64,000 nucleotides of DNA from Xylographa opegraphella. Its lineage: Eukaryota. The stretch is taken from the NCBI GenBank assembly GCA_022813865.1, contig JALDZX010000001.1:1-64000 (forward strand), given 5' to 3'. A program made the position numbers and the translations under genes. Of the stretch, positions 35,995 through 49,214 are shown one piece after another. The notes under the pieces were generated by a model that saw only the letters and a list, made by a program, of their open reading frames with translations, had not been told where the DNA came from and ran no database searches. The first letter of the stretch is position 1. The number at the start of each line of letters is the position of its first letter.

Positions 35995-38955
35995 ATGATC
36001 ATGTCCTCCTCGTTCGCAAGCGATCCCTCAGACCTTTCCGAGCTCTTAACGCGTAGCTGGCATATTGACGCCGGCGAAAAATTAAATGCGAGACATGAAC
36101 TCGTAAAAAAGCATCAATCTGTTTCGTCCATTGCAGAACACTACCTCAGATCTAGGATCGATCACCACGCCATTGGTGTCGCCGACGACCAAGTGCCAGT
36201 CACTACAGGTTCAGCATCTCTTGTTTCATTAGCCATCGTCAAGATAATCCAAGTTCTCGCAGAATCTGATGACTTCCAATCTGACATTGTAACCATCGCG
36301 AAAAGCCTCAACTCGACCACCCTCTGCGAAGTCCTGAGAGATGGAAGACTGCCATACGTGGTTCTACGAGCTTTTTTGAATCTTCCATATGACGCAATAG
36401 CGCGGAATGAGAGTGAGACCTTGGGGAAATTGCAGGATATCGACGAAGCCGTCCTACTCAATGAGAAATACATTCGGACCCGGGGTCCGCGAGAGAATGC
36501 GGATGGGGTGCATCTCGTTTCAATCGAAGACCTAGGGAAGATATGCGGTCACATACCATCAGACCAGGCTACTACCATGACTATCAGGCGAATGGAACCG
36601 CCAACTGGAGGGTTCGAGTGTCTTGACGAGAAGCGAGAACGAACCATTGAGATCTGCGCGAGTAGCCAATCTTATTGTGAAAGATTCCACCGTCTCACAG
36701 ACGGTATCCTCAAGGGACTCAACTGGAATCATGTGTTCCTGGCTGGTGGTATGGCCTTGACAGCTTTGATACACACCAACGAGTCAAAGGACAAGAACCC
36801 GCACATCCAAGACAGTGATCTTGACATTTTTCTATACGGTCTGGATGCAGACCAGGCTAACCAAAAGGTCGAAGAGATATATAACGTATGGAAGAATAAT
36901 CTACCGGCAAGTAATCAGAACATTCTGGTGGTCAAGAATTTCAAGACGATCAATCTCATTCCGGATTATCCGAATCGTCGTATTCAGATTGTGCTCAAAC
37001 TCTTCACATCGCCCACTCAAGTATTCTTGGGCTTTGACCTCGATGCTTGTGCTATCGGATTTGATGGCGCTCGTGCTCTCATGCTACCGCGCTGCGCTCG
37101 GGCGATTGAGACCGGGTACAATGTCTTCACAATGGACTTCGTGTGGGGCCACTACTTAAAGGGTCGGAACGCGAGTCGAGAAGCCCGTATCTTCAAGTAT
37201 GCGGACCGAGGTTTTGGTTTGAGGATCCTACCATCTTACGCCAAATCTCTGGAAGAAGGCCCTGCCATCATACCCGTGAGCAAGATCGACAAAGTGATCA
37301 CACCTAATGGAAGCCTTCAGGATAATGGATCCCAGGAACTCCGGGAGTTGCCTTATCTTTCCGCTCCGTGTCGTAAATTCGAAAGCCGCGAAGCGTACAG
37401 AATGCCTGCTGGACCCGAAGCTGGGCTCAAGACGCTGAAGCGAGTGGTGTATCTTGGTCGGGATTTCACTAATCGTTTCTGCTTCAAAAACACGCCTCTG
37501 TTTCATCCATCAGCGGCCTACGCCAAAGCGTATCCTGGCGTCTGGATCGAAGAGTATGAGGCTCGAAAGAAACATACCCAGGAACGGATTGACAAGTTCA
37601 ACGAGCTTGTAGCGGAAGGACACGAACCCAGTCCTGCTGAAAATCAAGTCCAGGAGTTGGATAGCAAGGACACTTCCCAGGACCCAGACTACCGTCGAAG
37701 CCTTTCTATGCTCGAGGTGTTTATGAGGCGCGTGGAAGCAAGGAGACTGGTGGATCGAAAGGAGGCACTGTAAGACTGCTAGTTTCCAGTCTTGCCTGGC
37801 CAAGGCTACCACCGCGGGCTGACCTCTTTGAGCTAGGTTCATCTTTGGAGAGTTTGAAAATCCGATCGACGGCGATACAAACTACTATGGCTACTCAAGC
37901 TATACTTGGGATTCCTCTTTCTCCGCTGAAAATCTCGCGACATCGCTCGAAGGAGAGAACGGGGAGTATTTCACCACACTCAAGCAGGTTATATGCGCTA
38001 AGCTGCAGATTCCTTACCAGGACTTTGGCTGTGAGTCCTTTTCCTTTGAAGTGATTTTGATATATACATATATATATATTGGGCTTTACCGCGTAGCGTT
38101 CATAACAGCAGTCGACGATAATGCATGAGCTGACACTACGTAGACGCTGGCTACCTGACGAGGAGAATCCGACAACAGGTCTATGGGCCTGATCTGGAGT
38201 CCGTGATGGAAAAGCAAATCACCATCCCCATGATGGTACCCTACGACCTCGAAAACTTCCTGCTCAACGTGCTGCCAAACCTCACCACCGGCTTCCCCAC
38301 CGAGAAAGGCTTCCTCATACCCGTACACGACCCCAACGTGCCTCTCTTAAACTCCAACGCTCCCGCAGCGTTGCCCCACCTGCACGACACCGGCTCCGAG
38401 GAGGGGAACCTCCGGTACTGGGTCATCAGCAACCGGAGCATGTGGGCCGGGCAGAACCGCATCGAAGACGAAGTCTTCGAGACGCTCTGGCCGCTCTTCA
38501 ACTGGTTCTGCGACAACTGCGAAGGCGGCGCCGTCCGCGGCTGCACGAACCCGGACGCTGTGTGGAAGATGGCGGAGTCGGTGCGCCGCCGCGCCGTGCA
38601 GCCGAAGGTGCCGTCGCACGGCGGCGCGGATGGCATCGGGCTCTCCACCCGCGCCGCCGCGAGCGGCAAACGCGGGTTGACAACGGCGGAGGCGATGCTG
38701 TTCCGCGCGTGGGTGCACGCGGAGCCAAGCTATGCGGAGTGGAAGACGCGGAGGCTGGGGCAGCGTAGGTTTGAGGAGGATGCGTATCTGTATCCCGTCC
38801 CGGACGAGCTCTTCTGGAGAGAGGGCGACGAGGGGCAGTGGAGCGGAGGGGAGGTGCCTCAGTGGCGGTACGTGCCGGTGGACGCGGAGGCGGAGGGGCG
38901 GCTGGAGAGTAGAAAGCGGAAGTCGAGCGACTCGCTTGTGGGTGAGGGTTCTTGA
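35995..38955 (+). CDS. Uncharacterised nucleotidyltransferase-fold-like protein
   Basis: Exons 35995-37769, 37837-38030, 38144-38955 join in frame. Motifs VFLAGG...DSDLDIFLYG, RIQIV, FDLDACAIGFDG, RIFKYADRGF. Confidence 0.75.
38059..38079. repeat. (TA)n microsatellite in an intron
   Basis: ATATATACATATATATATAT. Confidence 0.8.
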
Positions 38956-40831
38956 CGAAAGGGTCTGTGAATGCTTTCGGGTACCTGGGGTGGATAGCGG
39001 GCGTTGGTTTTGCGGGGCACAGGAGAGTGACAATCTGGCAGGGCGCTTGCGCCGCGTGGTCGTTTGCCACTGTGGGCGGTTTGGGGATGTTGGCGTCAAT
39101 GGTGAAGGGTTTGCGCAGATTGAGAACCGCGAAGTCTTTTATTATTTCTACAATCTATCCATCAATCCCATTCCCCTTGCCTTTCAGCGCGACCCCCCTC
39201 CTCATCTCCATCTATCCATCTCCCCATCAACCCCCTCACCTCACCAAGCACCCCAACAACCCCAGTCCGCATCCCCAGCACACTTCAACCATCCACCCCT
39301 CTCCGCGCCAACCACCCCCCTCTCTCCTCCTTAATCGCTTTCAAGTCCCGCACAGCCGCCGCCTCGACTTGTTCGCGCACGTTCCATGCCAGGGCGTGGG
39401 GTTTGCGCTAAGCGGAGTTTCGTGATGCAGCTGCGAGCGGGGAAGGGGGATGGGGGGTTTGGCGGGGACTGCAATGCTCGAGGAAGACCCGTAGGTAGGC
39501 GCCTTGGGTTTCGCGGGGGTGAAGTAAGCGTTGGGGTGATGGTGGGTGTGGCGGGTTAACGCGCTCGGGGGGTTCCCTGGCTGTGATGGAAGACTTTGTT
39601 GGTGGGGGTGAGGGTGAGGGTGGTGTTATTTGTGTGCGTTATCTGAGTGGATGTAGGTCGTTCTGGAGGGGCGGTAGGGTTGGAAGAGGGGGAGTATGTG
39701 GGGGGGGGGAAGGGGAGGACGTTGGGAGGAGGGGAGAATAGTTGTGGGGACTTGAGAGGGAATATATGTGGTGTGAGGCGATTGTTGAGGACGGAGGTTG
39801 AGGGAAGGGGTGGGCTGGAGGTTGGGGGACGAGGTGGGGTGCGGTGATGAGTAAACGGGAGTTCGAAAGCTTTTCGCAGAAAGGCAGGGAGGTGATATAG
39901 GATCCCACCAAAGCTTGTCACGCTCGTTAAAAATGCGGTTGTCTAACTCGATGGTCTGGCACGGGTGGGCCAAGCCCTGTGATGAGATCGATCATCTGAA
40001 GGCTCGAGACGCCGGGTTCGCGAGCAAAGAGTCAACTGTCGTTATTGCAGGGTAAGTGAAAGCAAAGCCTGGTGCTCGGCAAGGCAGGATAGGCTTCTAT
40101 AAAGGAGGGAGAATGGTGTTACAACTGGGAAAAAAAGCTTCCGCAACACATTGTGACTGGGAAAAGAGAATGCCTCTTCTGTGTGTCTCCATTATCTTTG
40201 ACGTTGCTGCTGGGACAAGTTGAGATCAAAGACTTGATTAATCTAAGCCCGGTAACTAGCCTCCTGAATTGAAACCATGCCACTGTTCTAAAAGTCCAGA
40301 AAAGGGTTGCACCGCGCTGCAGGGAAGGTGATGCAGGTATCCTCGCTGTCCTGGTTGAGACCGAGTCTGCGTGGCGATGGGACATCTGCAGTGCCCGTAT
40401 CGCTGTCTCCAGTCGACCGCAAGCACCACTTTGCCTATGCTTCTCCATTCCTCCGCAAACTTGAGACGTTGGAAATGTTGCTCGGGCATGTAGAGATGCA
40501 TAGCAGGCCATCCCCGTTGTCGATGTCATCGGAAGCAGAGATGGTTGCAGTCCAATAGGGAAAGGTCCCCCACAAGGAGGTACTTCCAAAGAACGTCAAG
40601 GTCGAAGAGAAGGAAATCAGATCATCGTAAAGGCCGTTAAAAACTCTCTCGGAGGAAGGAATGTGCTCAATGTCGTGTCGGAAAGTGAAACAGGAAGCAT
40701 TTGGCGCGCCAAGGTCCAGGAATATAGCCGAAAGTCCATGCCCGAATTGCGTATTCCAACCCCCCTCCCATCATCCTTCATCCACCGGCTTGACCGTCAC
40801 ACTCCTCCGGCGTCGTCATCGTCCAGCCGCA

Positions 40832-41029
40832 TCAGTAGCCAGTATTACGCTTGTTCGGACCCGATTGACCGGAGCTATCGGGCACGGGACAGGTACACGA
40901 GCACTTCAGCGGCCGGGTGCGGTATTGCCGCTGGTAGTTCCGGCACTGGTAGAGGAGGAAACTGCTGCAGGGGATCCAGACGGGCAGGGTATGGCCGCAG
41001 GTGTATGTTGCGAGGACTTCGACGCACAT
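40832..41029 (-). CDS. 65-aa Cys-rich microprotein (MC-x8-CGH type)
   Basis: Strong start context CCACC-ATG. MCVEVLATYTCGH...C...C...CSCTC, seven Cys in total. Pyrimidine-rich leader upstream. Confidence 0.6.
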   Translation of the reverse strand: MCVEVLATYTCGHTLPVWIPCSSFLLYQCRNYQRQYRTRPLKCSCTCPVPDSSGQSGPNKRNTGY

Positions 41030-42310
41030 GGTGGAAAAAGGGGGTGCTCCGTCGGCTCGAGGAAGCTAAAAGGCAAAGAGGCAACGAGAAGCTTATTTTG
41101 GAGGCGGGGAAAAGGATACACAGACTTGTCGCTGGTGATGATAAAACTCAAAAGAAAGTACACGGGAGATGATATATAGAAATCTCGATCCTCGACCTCG
41201 AGCGTCACGACGAGCAGGCCCATGGTCAAGCGACTGCACATATTGAGAGGGACTTGGCCCGAAAAGGAAGATTCAATCGAAGCTATTCGAGCGGACAACC
41301 GCGCGTTCGAACATGAGGAGCACGGCAAAGCCGTGGAGCGAGCAGCTGTCGCAGGCACAAGCTGCGATGACGCATGCCATCTTCATCGACGTTCGTTGTT
41401 CACGGTGCCAGTGACGGCCCACGCCGCATCCGTCTATACGGGACCGACGTTACTTTCCTCCCTCGCACCCACGAGCACTTTACCCGTTCCCAGCTGCTCC
41501 GGAGCATCAACAGCGGCGCGCATCACGCATTCGGGCAACTGTCACCCCAAGCAGCCACGCAGCCAGGCGCGACCGAGACGAGTCTGTGGCGGTGTCGCAG
41601 TCGTGAAAAGCTTGTTCTCGGTCACGTTATGAGGCTGACCGGTTTCGTCACGGTCCGCTCTCTCCTTTGGGCGTGTTTGAGAGAGTATGGAGAAGTGTCG
41701 AAGTGTCGAAGAGAGCAAGCGTCGGCATGATACGAAGAAGCTGAAGCAGTTCCATCCATCCATGTGCACACCAAGCTGAAGGCCGCTTCACAAGCGTCAG
41801 ACGCCGAAACGAGGATCTCCGAGGACGGCCCGCGTAGACGTCAGCACGGGCTTAACCGCAGTCAATGATTCAACGATGGATGAAGAACGAATGCAGCGTG
41901 GGAGGCTTGGTTGATTGGCTCTGCTTCCGAGGAGATCGATCGTCGGGTTCCGGGCTTTGAGGGAAAAAGAGCTCACGCGTGCCAAGACGGCCAAGCCACT
42001 CAGCTCGACCGGGGGCTGCATCATTAGTGGTATAGTAGTGCGATTAGTGTCCCCCCGCTTGTCCCGATGGCGGCACCGGGCTGTCGATCCGCGAAGCCGG
42101 TGAGAACCTTACTTCCTTGCAACCGGGTGGAGTGGAAGAGCCTTCGTCGCAGAGTCGTTATGACAAAAGGCAAGTCACAGCGAACTAAGCTCTTCGAGGC
42201 CAGCACCAGCCACAGTCTAGCGTCGGGCCTCTGCCTCTGAAGTCGGGTGAAATTCGAGCTTCCGGGACTTCCCACCGGGCCTCTCAATAATGGCTGAGGC
42301 GCAGGTTTCT

Positions 42311-42350
42311 TGGGCATTGGGCATTGGGCAGTGGGCAGTGGGCAGTGGGC
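42311..42350 (+). repeat. Heptamer tandem repeat (TGGGCAK) x~6, G-quadruplex-capable
   Basis: tgggcattgggcattgggcagtgggcagtgggcagtgggc contains six GGG runs with 4-nt spacers. Confidence 0.85.
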
Positions 42351-42999
42351 GTTGAGCAAAGTGGAGCAGCAGGAAGGAAAAGAAATATTGATTCGCAATT
42401 TCAGCTGGTATATTGTCACAGGGACCACGTCCGAAAACTCTAGACTTCGGACTCGAGTCGATTAGGTAGTCACGCCATGCTGCATGCGAGCCGACGTAAT
42501 GCCAATGGCCGTTGCTTCGCTGCTGAGCGACCAAGCAGCAGACGGGCAGCCGTGTCACACGATCGCTAACTCTAAAGTCGGAGGAGATGGGACGATATAT
42601 AGGATAGTTGATCTTCCTCCGTCCGGTCGCTCTTCAGCCACGTCTTTGAATCATCACTTTCCACCCCCTCTCGCCTGAGACAGCCAGCGAAACACGAATC
42701 CCTTCCTTTGCTCTGTTGAAAGGGTGAAGACGAGATCGGAATCGCCAATCGCAATTTTAAAGTTACGCGCCTTTCCGTTCCAAGATTCCAGGGAAAATCA
42801 ACAAGAAAGCAAGCTCCAACGTCGTCAGTCGACTGCCAACTCTTTCGCTTCACCCACAACCCCCATAACTGCCTTCTCATCGCACACTTCCCTTCTCTTT
42901 CATACATCCATTTCCAAACAATCCCCATTTATTCACTTCTCTCCGATTCTGAGTTCCAATAATTTTCTGGTTTCGTGCTCGCTGGAGCGATCGGGCAAG

Positions 43000-45863
43000 A
43001 TGGCGAGCCCACTGCATGCCATTCTGCGTCGCCAGAGCGTGAGTGGACAACCTTCATCTGTTGCGGGTCTCGAGGTATTGATATTGCCCCCCAGAATTCC
43101 GCCACGACCTCGCCAGATAATACGCCCTCCTTGTCGCAACTGATTTCGACCCTCATCCCGATTGGCCTGGTCGCCTTGATTATGACCCTGGCCTTCTTGT
43201 GTTTGCGTCGAACGCAGAAACGGCAGTATTCTCCACGAACCTATCTGTCGACCCTACGTCCACAGTAAGGTGCTGCTTCAATGCCGCTGACCTTTCACTG
43301 ACTGAGTCGACCAGGGAGCGTACACCACCCCTACCCAGTGGTCTGTTTAACTGGCTTGGGGCGTTCAATAAAATTCCCGACTCCTACGTGTTGAACCACC
43401 AATCGATCGATGGCTACCTTCTGTTACGCTTTCTCAAGATCGCCACCGTCATCTGCCTGGTCGGCTGCCTGATTACATGGCCCATTCTCTTCCCCGTCAA
43501 TGCCACCGGCGGCAACAACAGAGTCCAACTCGATATCCTTACCTATTCCAATGTAGCGCCCGGCGCAGGCAATAACCCTCGCTATTATGCGCACTGTTTC
43601 GTAGCCTGGGCTTATCTCGGTACGTAGAGGTTGTGTATCCACAACGGACCGGATCACTAACATGCTCTCAGGCTTCATCTGGTACATGATCATGCGCGAG
43701 ATGATTTACTACATCAATTTACGCCAGGCCTATCTTATTTCTCCGCTGTACGCGAACCGTCTGTCGTCTCGGACCGTGCTGTTCTCCTCGGTGCCAGGCG
43801 ACTACCTGGATGAAGCCAAACTCCGTGCCATGTATGGCAAAACTTGCAAGAACCTGTGGATTGCCACTGATTGCAAGGCGCTTCAGAAGCTGGTGGATGA
43901 GAGAGACAAAGTGGCTTTCATGTTAGAAGGAGCCGAGACCAAGCTGATCAAGCTCGCGAACAAGGCACGGCTCAAGTCGTTGAAGAAAGGTGGCGCTCAT
44001 CACGAGGAGGAAAGCGCAGGCAACAACGTGGATATGGGCGGGGAGTCTGGATCTGCTGCAGCGCGATGGATTCAGCCCAAGGACAGACCGACGCACCGTC
44101 TCAAGCCGATTATCGGAAAGAAGGTCGATACCATCAACTGGTGTCGTGCCGAACTTGAGCGCCTCATTCCCGTGGTTGAAGCGGAGCAAGCCAAACACCG
44201 GGCGGGAGATGCCAAGTTTGTCAGTTCCGTGTTCGTCGAATTCTACACTCAAGGCGAGGCTCAGGCTGCGTTTCAAACCACGGCGCACCACTTGCCCTTG
44301 CACATGTCACCTCGATTCATTGGCGTCAACCCCGATGAAGTGATCTGGAAGAACCTCCGGATCAAATGGTGGGAACGTATCCTTCGAAACGCGGCCACTA
44401 TCGCCTTTGTCGTTGTTCTCGTCATCTTCTGGGCCATTCCGGTCGCCGTGGTGGCTTCCATCTCTAATATCAATGCCCTGACCGACATGGTGCCCTTCCT
44501 GCATTTCATTCTGAATATTCCCCCGGTCATCCTCGGTGTTGTTCAAGGTCTCTTGCCGTCCGTCCTCCTCGCTGTGCTGATGGCTTTGTTGCCGATCATC
44601 CTGAGATTTATGGCAAAGGAAGGCGGGATGCCTTCGCTGGCACGCATTGAGCTGAGGACCCAGAACTTCTATTTCGTCTTCCAAGTGATCCAGGTCTTCC
44701 TTGTTACCACCTTGGCTTCCGCCGCATCGGCGGTCGTGACCAAGATCATCCAAAGCCCGACAGATGCACCGTCTCTGTTGGCCACCAGCCTTCCTCTCGC
44801 TTCGAATTTCTACATATCATACTTTTTAGTGCAAGGATTGACCATCGCATCTGGTGCCCTCCTGCAGATTGTCGGTCTGATTCTGTTCAAGGTCCTCGGG
44901 AAGATCCTCGATTCGACACCGAGGAAGATGTATAAACGCTTCAGTTCCCTCACGGGCCTCGGATGGGGTACGCTCTTTCCGATCTACACCAACCTGTTGG
45001 TCATCGGTACGTCTTCTCTGCATGCTTGAGTGTGAGTGCTGTTGACTAATCGCTCTTCAGCAATCACGTACTCGACTATAGCTCCGCTCATGCTGGGGTT
45101 CGCGACCATCGGGCTGTGGTTACTTTACTTTGCGACTCGTTATAACCTACTATTCGTCTACAATGCCAATATCGACACCAAAGGTTTGGTGTATCCTCGT
45201 GCATTGCAGCAGATCACTGTCGGAATCTATCTATCGATTGTATGTATGATCGGCCTGTTCGGTGTCAGCAAGGCTGCCGGACCCGCGGTGCTCATGGCCA
45301 TCTTCCTCGTCGGCTCGATTCTATTCCACGTTTCTCTGAACAGCGCCATCGATCCGCTCCTTTATACCCTACCACAGTCCCTGGATGTGGAGGAGCAATC
45401 GCTGCTGGCTCTCGAGGACGGAAACACGAACGGGTACACCAAGCGTGAGGGTCGTGTAAGCAACTCGGACGCGACGCTGAAGAATGGCAACGACACCACT
45501 CACACCGCTGGCAATGACCTGCCCCCAGCCCCACACAAGAAGCCAAACATCATCACGAAATGGTTATTTCCCAATAAGTTTACGGACTATCAGACTCTGC
45601 GTCGCTTGGTGCCGAAAGGTTTCGCCGAGATCGAGTATAGCCCGGAGATTGAACAGAATGCCTACTACAATCCTGCTGTTGCCAGCCCAACCCCACTGCT
45701 CTGGATCCCTAGGGACGAGATGGGAGTGAGTCGCCAGGAAATCAACCACACATCCAAGGTCATCCCCATCTCCGATGAGCTGGCATTCTTTGACGAGAAG
45801 GGCAACATGAAGTGGGACGAAGACGAACGCCCACCGATCTACCGGGAGAAGATTTACTATTAG
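43000..45863 (+). CDS. CSC1/OSCA/TMEM63 (DUF221, Rsn1-like) cation channel
   Basis: Motifs YSPRTY, IDGYLLLRFLK, PILFPVNATGG, SRTVLF, KKVDTINWC, P.EVIW.NL, FQVIQVFLV, NFYISY, DTKGLVYPRAL. Four introns, the first at 43039-43094. Confidence 0.94.
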
Positions 45864-46274
45864 TTGGTAATCACAGCGACCAACCGCGCACGGCTGCAAC
45901 TGTATGGCCGAAGCGGAGCGAAGGGGGAGGAATGGACGGCGTGGCGCCATGGGTTTGGCTTGTTTGCACTAATTCCCTTTTTATCTTTCGGTTTCCCGTC
46001 TCCGTTCAGCTTTATCAAAAAAGATACCACCTCCTGCGGTTTGTGCTTCGTCCCCGCTTGGGCGAGAAGGGGAGCTTGCGGGTCGCTGCTGTTTGGCACG
46101 TCTACTTTTCTGAGGCTTAATATTAATTCGCTGAAACGAAAAGATCGATAGTGTTTTGTGCTTGCTCTTGGTGATGGAATTGATGTGCTGTTGGTGGTGT
46201 ATGGGTGATATATGTATGAGTGATGCTCTTCCCGCCCAGTTGTGCTTCCCTCCACCCACGCTCTCCCCAAATTA

Positions 46275-46326
46275 CCATCTCCATCTCCATCTCCATCTCC
46301 ATTCTGCCTTCCCCTTCCCCTTCCCC
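46275..46326. repeat. (CCATCT)n plus (TTCCCC)n microsatellites
   Basis: Tandem hexamers visible in the sequence. Confidence 0.8.
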
Positions 46327-47487
46327 GGGCGAGCAGGCTTGGAGGTCAATTTCCTACATAGGCTGAGATGAAATGAAACGGGCATAGGCGTGGGCATGGC
46401 CGTGGGGTATATACAGACCCTCATCCAACGGCGTAAGCCAAGCCAAGCCGAGCCAGGGACGATTTCCCCAATAGTCGGACTATCTCACATACCGCATTTA
46501 GTCCGCGAAGGAGGGGGAGAGGGAGAAGGGAGAGACTTTACACGCGAAAATTTGGATATAAGAGAGAGAAAGTGGAGGGGGACGGTACGGCACGGTATCG
46601 GATATATAATCAAACGATTAGAAGTAAGTAAGCTAAAGTATTTTGATGAAATTATATACAGGACTAAGAATTACGGCGAAAGGGAAAATATGGAACGCGT
46701 CTGTTGATTTTGCGGAGTTTGTATGTTTTTTTTAGTTCGCTGCCGCAGAAGGAGGGAGGGTGCCTGAATGATCGATAGGCCGTTCGGGATGTTTTTCGTA
46801 CGTGGGCGCGCAGTGGTGGAGGTGGAGGTGGGGAGGTGGGAGGGATGCTCAGGAGATTGGTAGGGTATTTTCGGGGAGGAAGGGTGGAGGGGGGTTTGGC
46901 AAGGAGATGGAAGATATGTTAGAAACCAGGTGCCGTACCTGGGTGGAGAGAAATTGGCAGGGAGAGGGAGAAGGGGAGGGAGAGGGAAAAGGAGACGGAG
47001 AGGGAGAAGGGGAGGGTCAAAGAGGGGAGAGGGCTTGCATACAAGATCAGATATTAGAGAGGAAGCGATACGGCACGGCACACATCACCAGCAGTCAGGA
47101 ATAGATAGATAGACTACCGCTCAACTATTCCGAAATCTACCCAACGCGCCTTTCGAGCACGGAACATCCTCCCCGCCGCGGAAAGTGCTCCAACGGGCCC
47201 CCTCGTCCGTCAGTCCTTTCGCTCAGGCATTACTGGATACAGTGGTGAAGATGGAAATACATGAATTACATGAATACAGTCGTCCAGATTGGCATGACAT
47301 GAGCGATCGATAGTGGCTGTAGATCCGAGCCCCGCCCGCAACCCGATTACCCATGCCTCGTTGCGAGAGGAGGGTGCCGAAATATCTCCGAGATGGTAGG
47401 AAAAAGGGTAGACGCCGCATTATAATGTCGTGACGAGCGTACAATATGCTTCCGCCGAGCTTGCAAGCTGCTACTTCTCATCGCGCC

Positions 47488-49214
47488 TCATGGCTTTCGG
47501 CCGTGGACGATATATCTAAATTGGGGTTAGGTCAGCCGCGGCGCGGACGACGGGGGATGATGGATGGGTTGGGGGACTTCGTACACGTGGTCGATCATAT
47601 GGATAGATTTATCCTTCAGCTCCCTCCTCAGCCCGACGAGAAAAACCTCGACCTCCTCGGACGTCCAGCCGTGCATTCTCGTGAAGAGCGCCATGGCGAT
47701 TCCTTGCAGGCCCATGAACAGTTGCTCTGTCGAGCGTTAGTGACGAAGACATCGGGATCGAGGATAGAACAGACCCAGATGCCAGATGCCGATGGTCTTC
47801 AGCCGCTGGTCTTTCGGCCAGCCGCCCCACGGCACCTCGAGGATCTCCTCCGTCACGTCCACAAAGCCAGCATCGAGGAGGAGAGACTTGAATCTGCGAG
47901 CGATGAACATGTTGAAGCCCATCCGCGCGGACGCGACGGCGAGGAGGTCGATCCAGAGGTGGACCTGGCTGTTGGGCGGGAACTGATGGTCGTAGGAGAC
48001 GGGGTGGAAGTCGAGCTCCGAGAGCTCGATGTGGCCTCCTGATTTCAGCGTTCTATGACTTGTCAGCTTTCATAGCCAGCGGATCCGATGATGTTTGTCA
48101 ACCTGAAGGCCTGGGATAGCATGGTAGGGTAGTCTCTGATGACCAAGAACATGAAGCGACAGTGGATGAGATCGAACGTTCCTGGTGTATATAGCCATGG
48201 CGCTTCGAGGTCGTCGATTTCGAATACTAGATTCGGCGGTACCCTAGTCACCATAAGGACTAGAATTCATGTACATGAGAGGGTGTTGCTAGCTACCATT
48301 CCGGCTGAACAGGGGAAAGATCTGTCGTTGTCAGCAGAGACGTGTTGAAACTTGATGTGAGCGTACCTATGCCAATTACCTCGGTATTGGGATACTTCTC
48401 AGCTGCTGCGGTCAGCAGCGAATCGTGCCGACGGATCATGATACAGCGCCTTACCCATCTGGATAGCCCATATGCCTACCGGAACATCAACGTTGCGGTC
48501 TAGATAAGAAGAAAGACACCGGTCAACGGTGACTTACCAGTCCCAGTGCCAAGGTCCAACACCTTGTCGGGCGTCTCAGGAATGGGCGCCAGATGAAGCC
48601 GAAAGTCGGTAATGAGCATCATTTCATGATGCTTCATGTCCTCACGATCCAGCTCCGTCTACCGACATCGCGCTGTTAGCAGCTGCCCCGGCTCAATTGG
48701 ACATCAGAACGACGGTACCTCGTCGTTCGGAAGCGGATAGCCTGGGAGAACATTAGCATTTCCAAACACACTGACGGATAGGCTGCGTCTCGTACGGCCT
48801 TCTTGATAGGCATGATATCGCCGTCCATTCTCCCACTGATAGGCCGTGACACTGCTCGAGAGGTGGGACAAGAAGCTCGATCTGATACGCGTTGCGTGGT
48901 CAGCACACGATTAAGAACGTTTCAGCCGCCCGGACGCCGAAGGCTCCTGACATACGCATCGGAGTTGTAGTCGGAGAAATCCCAGTCCTAGAACGTTGAC
49001 ACAAGCTTTCAGCGGTCGGTTTCGTCAGGGTTCGGAGCGCACATTGTTGGCGCCCGAAGGAGCGAGGGAGGCTCACATCGTCGACAGCGATTTCGGGAAT
49101 CGCTGGTGCGGAGTTCTCGGGAGTTGGAGATTTTGGATCCCGGCCAGAGGGATCGGCCTCCTTTGGCTGCTGGCCATCGTCCTCGCCTGGTTGGACGTGC
49201 TCGACGGCCTCCAT
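47488..49214 (-). CDS. LaeA-like (TAM-domain) class I SAM-dependent methyltransferase, 12 exons
   Basis: Spliced translation gives ENGRRYHAY, YPLPNDE.ELDR, LHLAPI, VLDLGTGTGIWA, VIGIDLSPVQP, VPPN..FEIDD, FDLIHCR, LKSGGHIE, WPKD, and ends YIVHGRKP*. Eleven GT-AG introns. Confidence 0.9.

Noticed and set aside
38347..39425. Multiple overlapping 150-250 aa ORFs
   Set aside because: Shadows of the GC-rich last exon of the NTase-like gene and the adjacent skew island.
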